Source of the DNA: a virus | Reading direction: 5' to 3' (one strand) | Virus record (IMG/VR): IMGVR_UViG_3300027798_000016 | Span: 1 to 64,000 of that record | DNA length: 64,000 bases | In this document: piece after piece, positions 58,301 through 64,000 of the stretch | Position numbering within the stretch: the first letter of the stretch is position 1 | How the letters are laid out: the number at the start of each line of letters is the position of its first letter | Made by a program: the position numbers and the translations under genes | The notes under the pieces: generated by a model | The model's input: only the letters and a program-made list of their open reading frames with translations | The model's database searches: none | Told to the model about the DNA's origin: nothing

Positions 58301-61300
58301 ACCAGCTTCCGTCTGTCGCCTACAATACAAGACAGCGTGATTGCAAGATCACTCAGTGGCTGGCGCTGGTGGAGGAAATTTATTTCCAAATTGGAATCTA
58401 ATTTTAATTTGTTAGACTTTAATTTAAGCACTCCACGAGAAAATCTTGACCGCATCTTAGAAGAATCATTGCTGGGACTTACCTACAGTTCCCCAGATGC
58501 AATTTCTGGCATGGCTGTTTCAACCAATGGTATGAATAAAGCCAGCTATGTTGTTAATAATGGCACATTGACATTTAATGTCAACACTGGTGGCAACGGA
58601 GTCGTATACTTGGACTTTTTTGGTCCGGATATTGTGTATGTTTACGCCAACGGCGAACTGGTATCCAAGAATGATTATGCAGTAGATGCCTACGCCGCTT
58701 TGGTCACATTTAAAACTGCACCAGCAGATGGAACTCAAATTGAAATTTATCATTCAAGTCAGTCTGGTGTATACAGTGGAATTCCAGCCAGTCCAGCCAA
58801 GCTTGGGCTAAGTGGAGTATACCAGCCTGGATTTGTCACAGAAACATGGGGTCAAAATACACGCAAGTATATTCAGCGACATGACGGCAGTAGAATTGCC
58901 ATGTACGGCACAGATGAAGATGACCTTCGTAATTTAGTAATCTTAGAGTTAGAAACTAGAACATACAACAACTGCATCCATTTGGTGGGCGCAGTAAATC
59001 AACAGCGACAATACAGGGCGTATCGTAGCTTGCCAATATTAGAAGCACAGGCCAAAGCACAAATTGAATGGTACACCACAAACAACATTGACTATCAGGA
59101 GCGATCAGATTTTGATGCAGAAGATGCATGGACATGGAACTACAATGGTCTAAGCTGGAGAGCAATCTATATAAATGCATTTGACACTTATCAATTGGAT
59201 ACGGCTCCGTGGGAATCACTGGGTTACGATTCTGCGCCCACTTGGTGGAACAATTACTACTCTTGGACAGATGCAACAAAACGAAGTGCATTGGAAAATG
59301 CCCTAAGATTTGGCATTGTGACCGAGCCAGGAAAGCCAGTGACTGTGGCCGTCAGCTATCGTAGAAATTTTGACACATTTCCTGTGGATCAAGCTGGCAA
59401 TCTAATAGATCCAGTGGCGTGGAATACACCTGCACCCAGCTCTGATGTTGCCCAGCAACCGTGGGAGATTGGATCATGGTCACCTGTAGAAGTGGCCTGG
59501 CGTCGAAGCATTGCTGGCGCATGGGACAATGTTTTACATGCCATAGAAGATTATGACATTGTTCATAACTTCATGGATGAAGCAATCAATCCTTTTGTCA
59601 ATGACACAGATACCAATAGTCCAAAACAAAAAGGAACCAATACATTGCCACCAGGACAGTTCTTTCAAGATCGTCCAACAATTGGTATGGGTTCAGTGTT
59701 ATTTGAAGCTTATAGAGAATTTAATTTAACTGGGCAAGCACCGTTAAACGAACTAATGTCATTGGACAGTCGATTACAATTTGGAGTTGGTGGCTTTAGT
59801 GATGGCGTAATCACACTGAAAATGTATTACGCAAAATTTAAAAATGGATTCTACATTCCTGCCGAAGACTTCTTAATGACGTTGAGCCCCGGAGTCAGCA
59901 CTTCTAAATTAAGATATAGTGCAGTACGAGTTGAAAAAGATGGTGACGGATTTAGAGTGTATGGTTTTGATCCTGGTCACAAATATTTTACAATTTTCAA
60001 ACCATCTGCTCAAAGTTTAACAGAAAGCTATCCAACATCTCGTAGCCAGATAGTGACTCCAAACGGAACTTTTGTCAGCTACTCTGATTGGGATAATATC
60101 TCACATGAGTTGCAGTATGGATCTTATATCAATGATAAACAGGCTCTGTTTACTTTCTTTGAAGGCCTACAAAAATATCAAGAGTCACAGGGACTGATCT
60201 TAGATCAAGTCAACAGTCGTGGCACTATAACAAATTGGCAACAAGCTGGACTTGATGCACTGACATGGATCGCAGAAAACTGGGGAACTGATCACTTTTG
60301 TTTGGTTGGCGTAGCAACAGAAGACGGATTAAAATTTAGTCATGCTCGAGGAACCTTGGACAGGTTAGATGCAGACTTGGGTCGAACTGGTAAGGTATTG
60401 TTTTCAACTGGGCGTTCTGCGCTATCAAATGAATTACAAATCACAAGAGAGTATGAAAAGAATGTAGATAAGATTGTACCAACTGCTGGTCAACAAATTG
60501 TATTTGTCAACTTTTCCACTAGAGATTATGATCATGTTGTGTACATTAATCGTAAAACCAAGTTTGGAGATTTGGTAATTGATCTGCAGACTGGAAATAG
60601 AATTGATGTGCTTGGGTTATCGGCTCGCCGAACAAATGGTTGGACTGGTCGTCCAACTGCTCGCGGTGTTACACTTACACCAGCAGGCCTAATTCCTGGC
60701 TTTGATGCGTTGGTCAGTGATATCGTAGACAGCCACAAGCCAGAGCAAAATGCATTTGACTCAATCAAAACTGACATTGCAAAGTCGGATGTTGTTCCTG
60801 CTAAATCAACAATCATTGATCAGTTGATACAAGATAAAAGCACTCAGCATTTTTACAAGCAAGGCCTACAAACTGCCATGGGTACAAACCTGGCTGTGGA
60901 TGCACTACTAAGAAATTCCAAGATTGATATTCCAGGCAGACAACAAGATATTGAATTGAATGAACAGTGGTTGATTACCACTGGCAACTTTGGCAATTTA
61001 GAAAGCGAAAATATTTGGGAAGTTGAATTAAGACGACAAGATTTTACTGCAAGCAAGCAAGTGGTGCGTTTCCAACCACGCGGCTACGGTGGAATTATCA
61101 GCACAAATAATGGATCTCGCCCCACATACCTATACGACAGTTTAAGTGATAACATCATTGATATCTGGGAGAAGGACAAGCGTTGGGTAACCAAACCACT
61201 TCGTCCATATGAATTTGCCACCATTGATCGCAGTACTCAAACTGGACTGGACGACACTAAGAATTGGTTACCAAATGCTGGTAATCCACAATTGTTCAAT

Positions 61301-64000
61301 ACTGACATTGAAATGCGTGAGTTGGGCAATTTAACACTGGCCAGTTTTATCAATGTTGATCAGACTGATAACTCAATCTTGGCCAATGTCACAGTTGATC
61401 CAGCAAATTTATTAACCACATCAGATATTTTTTCAACCAACGGATTTAGCATCTACAACAATTATCAACCCAGCGACCTATGCTGGCAGGAAGGCAACTT
61501 GTACAGAGCCAAGGCCAAGATAACCGGCTCATCAACCAGTGTATTTGATTCTACTCAGTGGAACTTACAACCAATTGATGGCAGACTATTGCCAAATGTT
61601 TGGGTCAGCGACTATGGCTTTAACATTAATACCAAATACAAAGGCAGTTGGACGGCATCAACATTGTACAATGTTGGCGACATCATTGATATAAATGGGT
61701 TTTACAATGTTTGTATCAAGCCGCACACCAGTGGCAGTACATTTGTTAACAATAGCATTGCTGAATTAAAAATTACACAAAAAGGTTTAAATTATCAAGT
61801 TGGTGACCTAATCAAATCTGGATCAACCATTGTTGGAAATGTCAGCGCAGTTGTCAATGGCACAATTAAAACTGTCAATGTGGTAGATACGGTAGGTGGG
61901 TACAATCCAGAAACCACAGTGATTGCAGTGGCAGGTGGCAGTGGAACAGCACTATTAAGTGCAACATATAAGAATGATACAATTCAACAAACCATCACTG
62001 GTAGAATTGGAACAGCTAATATGCCAACTGGTATCATTGGATTTGGCAATAACTACACCTTAGATAATACCATTGTAACAGTGAATGGCACTGGCACTGG
62101 TGCACAGATAGTTCCAATCATTGAAGATAACATTTCCAGCGGTACATTTACAAGATACAATGTAATCAAGACCTTTGGTTATTTGAATGCTGGAACAGGT
62201 TATGCGGTAGGAGATTTATTAGTTGCACAAAAAGATACAACCTCACAGTCTGCAACGGACGCAGTATTCAGAGTCTCTGAAATTAATGCGTTGACGTCAA
62301 CACCGTTTGCTGTAAATTATACATCAGGCAATATTGGCCTATTTTCGCAGTCAACTCCACCATTGGTTGCTTGGGTCAGCGGAATTGACCAGGATAATTT
62401 TAAAATTTCAACTGTTGAAAAGGCTAGCATTTTATCTGGTGCCGCTTCATTCTATACAACACTGAAACAGATAGTGCCAACTTTAACAAACGCAGATATA
62501 CAATCATTTTTATCTGACATAATTGACAGCGCCAATAGTGAAATAATTTCATACATTGGAAATAACAATGTGTATCTTGCAGGGCCTGATTTTGGTGTTG
62601 AGGGCGAATTAAAAAATGTCACAAGTAGCTCATTTGACATTGGTACCAATCGATATACTCGAGGCACACTGGCCAATGCAAATGTAAAAGTTACTGCCAG
62701 GGTAGTTCCTGATCTAATAAGTCAAACAGACTTAGACAAGGAAATTGACAATCTTGTTACATTAATAACCAGTAATGCGGCCTTTGCTGGATCAGTAACT
62801 ACCGCACAAAAAGCACAATTAAAAACAGAACTAGTGTCAATTTTTGATTTAATAATTGCAGTATTTGAAAATATTGAAGACAATGTCGACTTGTACAATT
62901 ACAGCAAATCGCCAATAAGCAGTTTAGCAAATGCAAACAGTATTAAAAAATTAGTAATAATTCCAAACGATGCCACTTTGGCCTTGGGCGGCCAATCATA
63001 TGCAACCAGAAGTTATAACCTTGTTAATAAAACAGGAACTGGTGTTGGCGGCTCAATAACTGTTACGGCAGTACAAGATGTAACACTTCCATCGCTTGCA
63101 CGATCACAAAATGGTGTAATCACCGGCTTTACAGTTACAACACCGGGCCAAGGATACACACAAGGTACAACAATATCTGTGACAAGACGAAACCCATCCA
63201 GGGCAACAGCGGTAATTACCAATGGCGTCATAACAGCAATTAATGTACTTCCAAGTGGTCAAGGTAGCAACATTTTAGTGGCTGCTGATATTAAAGTTGT
63301 TATTAATAGTGGTTCTGGTGCTGGTTTTACATACACTCCAAATATTGTAAATGGAAAGTTGACCAGCGTAACAGTGATCACAGGTGGTAGTTCTTATAGT
63401 GCTAACTCAACAGTGACAATTGTTGATCCGTATTGGACTGATGCAGATTCATCAGATGTAACTGTTGGCTTTTTGGCACCAGTTACTTTAACTGTAAACC
63501 GAATTGGAGTCATTGATAAAATCAATGTCTTAGATGGCGGAAGTGGCTATACTACAAGTTCAATCATTACAATCACCGATTCAACTAGATCCACTGCATT
63601 GTTGCCTGCAGTCGCAACAGTCACTGCCACAGCTGGTGGTGCAATCAACAGCGTTGTAATTACAAACTCAAGTGCTGTATTTGATCAGATACCAACGCTG
63701 ACAGTCACAAGCCAAGCAGGCTCTGGTGCTGAGATTACTGCATCAGTTACATCATATTGGAAATTAAAAACAACTGGTTATGGATGGAACATTCTACAAA
63801 CATTCAGTCCAATGTATGTTGAAGAAACTTGTCCAAATGCATTAGACACCTCTGCAAATGAAAGCAAGGTTACTTTTGCTGATCCGCATGGATTACGAGC
63901 ACAAGACTATATTGTAATGGTTGGAAACAATGACGGAAACTATGACAAAGTTCATAAGGTATTAAAAGTTGTTGACGATTACAACATCTTAATTCCAGCA
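55328..64000 (+). CDS. Very large baseplate/virion structural protein (3'-truncated)
   Basis: ATG 55328 two nt after the gp6 stop (MAQDPTKINP...LLPSIFRTDTNKK...QLEPG...IDPDKFINWPDYYW). The same frame is open at the window end (LKVVDDYNILIPA). No + strand ORF is listed in this span, consistent with no stop codon. Confidence 0.85.
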   Translation, partial: MAQDPTKINPVSTSVKTYPGERLDELALPTVPELLPSIFRTDTNKKLIAAVMEDMFQPHAMEDLNYSVGRRTTKSLVNDYLPHPTAKRQLEPGLLVYRADNSPATLSADEVAHGWGLNDRTKETTVPVSILDLPIDPDKFINWPDYYWIQEGMPVIFITGTETETFDIQNDILGKPAYTTVLQRSGKRLELKNGMRVVFNNVPSAEATFNKPARIGTVPILSNFVIDTVTNGKSSLDIECDFVAYDRSKIIVTVDGIVKTFKVDYDVIANTIHWNGTVPSVDLPVNLNCVEYFLTTDEDSNKASRRWQIAGVGTAGGIRLLSRTHQYTNTRYSKAIQTLWDKTAVPWDSVEWDGAIKGINEKHYILEKVGARTRNTNSRVNVWYHKDTIQTTADYLNINFNDIVTSSGSNTNALPAQALRPIVEFDDTLELFNHGIFFRAWPNLVTSIDGVAVSDFINLPIVDLDLEILNSKYISTTRKLQIEPDIIVRALSQGNNIQTALNRSSFTIQEFDELLNTVSQKILYEVANGKIIWLKNQPEHWSITYRISGVPVDKLRILWLVNDIYKNKIINVLSNETVTNGFVPETARNRDAVLIDTPYSTDANYLLEYHWVNGQAILAQTRLSRTQQPLFELYDSTNVKLSNNPNNPDIKSSAIIEIVNGDKYDAESGYNLKFLPSQFSELTADNTASDAMYDIVYNHTLQNFAYYNQGTASKTVSGPYQFRRVTDNTPLINQLSIGYSRAWFRLKSWAIRTVADFDNSTVELDATMWPKYDWGIKVINNTLRAVYLDNFSIVAKNLPRIAAGESANFTVFVDGNPSVATISGVDMTSFDVDIVNNYFTFVVPADAPSKLTITIDGKSIQAKVIDVKQDPRNVKVKLNGLPVDYSFTVVRDSSWAITSVQLQADGQGTLEIQHQGDHADNDHITAIPGLVFNPEQNINLGEFTPSRLVHNMTSSINANKRSDSQSWNSVDYVFDADGAIMADNSSMRSAWTSFRLSPTIQDSVIARSLSGWRWWRKFISKLESNFNLLDFNLSTPRENLDRILEESLLGLTYSSPDAISGMAVSTNGMNKASYVVNNGTLTFNVNTGGNGVVYLDFFGPDIVYVYANGELVSKNDYAVDAYAALVTFKTAPADGTQIEIYHSSQSGVYSGIPASPAKLGLSGVYQPGFVTETWGQNTRKYIQRHDGSRIAMYGTDEDDLRNLVILELETRTYNNCIHLVGAVNQQRQYRAYRSLPILEAQAKAQIEWYTTNNIDYQERSDFDAEDAWTWNYNGLSWRAIYINAFDTYQLDTAPWESLGYDSAPTWWNNYYSWTDATKRSALENALRFGIVTEPGKPVTVAVSYRRNFDTFPVDQAGNLIDPVAWNTPAPSSDVAQQPWEIGSWSPVEVAWRRSIAGAWDNVLHAIEDYDIVHNFMDEAINPFVNDTDTNSPKQKGTNTLPPGQFFQDRPTIGMGSVLFEAYREFNLTGQAPLNELMSLDSRLQFGVGGFSDGVITLKMYYAKFKNGFYIPAEDFLMTLSPGVSTSKLRYSAVRVEKDGDGFRVYGFDPGHKYFTIFKPSAQSLTESYPTSRSQIVTPNGTFVSYSDWDNISHELQYGSYINDKQALFTFFEGLQKYQESQGLILDQVNSRGTITNWQQAGLDALTWIAENWGTDHFCLVGVATEDGLKFSHARGTLDRLDADLGRTGKVLFSTGRSALSNELQITREYEKNVDKIVPTAGQQIVFVNFSTRDYDHVVYINRKTKFGDLVIDLQTGNRIDVLGLSARRTNGWTGRPTARGVTLTPAGLIPGFDALVSDIVDSHKPEQNAFDSIKTDIAKSDVVPAKSTIIDQLIQDKSTQHFYKQGLQTAMGTNLAVDALLRNSKIDIPGRQQDIELNEQWLITTGNFGNLESENIWEVELRRQDFTASKQVVRFQPRGYGGIISTNNGSRPTYLYDSLSDNIIDIWEKDKRWVTKPLRPYEFATIDRSTQTGLDDTKNWLPNAGNPQLFNTDIEMRELGNLTLASFINVDQTDNSILANVTVDPANLLTTSDIFSTNGFSIYNNYQPSDLCWQEGNLYRAKAKITGSSTSVFDSTQWNLQPIDGRLLPNVWVSDYGFNINTKYKGSWTASTLYNVGDIIDINGFYNVCIKPHTSGSTFVNNSIAELKITQKGLNYQVGDLIKSGSTIVGNVSAVVNGTIKTVNVVDTVGGYNPETTVIAVAGGSGTALLSATYKNDTIQQTITGRIGTANMPTGIIGFGNNYTLDNTIVTVNGTGTGAQIVPIIEDNISSGTFTRYNVIKTFGYLNAGTGYAVGDLLVAQKDTTSQSATDAVFRVSEINALTSTPFAVNYTSGNIGLFSQSTPPLVAWVSGIDQDNFKISTVEKASILSGAASFYTTLKQIVPTLTNADIQSFLSDIIDSANSEIISYIGNNNVYLAGPDFGVEGELKNVTSSSFDIGTNRYTRGTLANANVKVTARVVPDLISQTDLDKEIDNLVTLITSNAAFAGSVTTAQKAQLKTELVSIFDLIIAVFENIEDNVDLYNYSKSPISSLANANSIKKLVIIPNDATLALGGQSYATRSYNLVNKTGTGVGGSITVTAVQDVTLPSLARSQNGVITGFTVTTPGQGYTQGTTISVTRRNPSRATAVITNGVITAINVLPSGQGSNILVAADIKVVINSGSGAGFTYTPNIVNGKLTSVTVITGGSSYSANSTVTIVDPYWTDADSSDVTVGFLAPVTLTVNRIGVIDKINVLDGGSGYTTSSIITITDSTRSTALLPAVATVTATAGGAINSVVITNSSAVFDQIPTLTVTSQAGSGAEITASVTSYWKLKTTGYGWNILQTFSPMYVEETCPNALDTSANESKVTFADPHGLRAQDYIVMVGNNDGNYDKVHKVLKVVDDYNILIPA

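Noticed and set aside
1-64000. Stop-codon reassignment; tRNA genes
   Set aside because: Genes are full length in the standard code and TAA, TAG and TGA all terminate genes; no cloverleaf recognised in the intergenic gaps.

Overview
64 kb of a large T4-like (myovirus) bacteriophage genome, standard genetic code, densely coding. It holds most of the virion morphogenesis genes. Packaging and head: terminase subunits, portal, protease, scaffold, major capsid. Tail: neck, terminator, sheath, tube, tape measure, baseplate gp26/51/53/5/25/6, several fibre proteins and a >2,890-codon ORF that runs off the right end. An early/middle operon is also present (gp55-like late sigma factor, MazG-like NTPase, DUF465-like, gp47/gp46 nuclease, Hc1-like basic protein, GIY-YIG nuclease). 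The cis-signals are readable: sigma70-type promoters, a recurring TAA(A/G)TA late-promoter motif often only 4-5 nt before an ATG, and GNRA/UUCG terminators. The stand-out feature is the only long non-coding stretch (40078-40729). It lies directly downstream of the compact GIY-YIG gene. On the minus strand it folds by eye into a ~500-nt multi-stem RNA with a cUUCGg loop, a three-way junction and a candidate pseudoknot. Short periodic repeats precede it and a GCGAAGC mini-hairpin follows it. It is a candidate undescribed large ncRNA, nuclease-RNA system or replication origin. All calls are from motif recognition by eye; no searches or folding programs were run.
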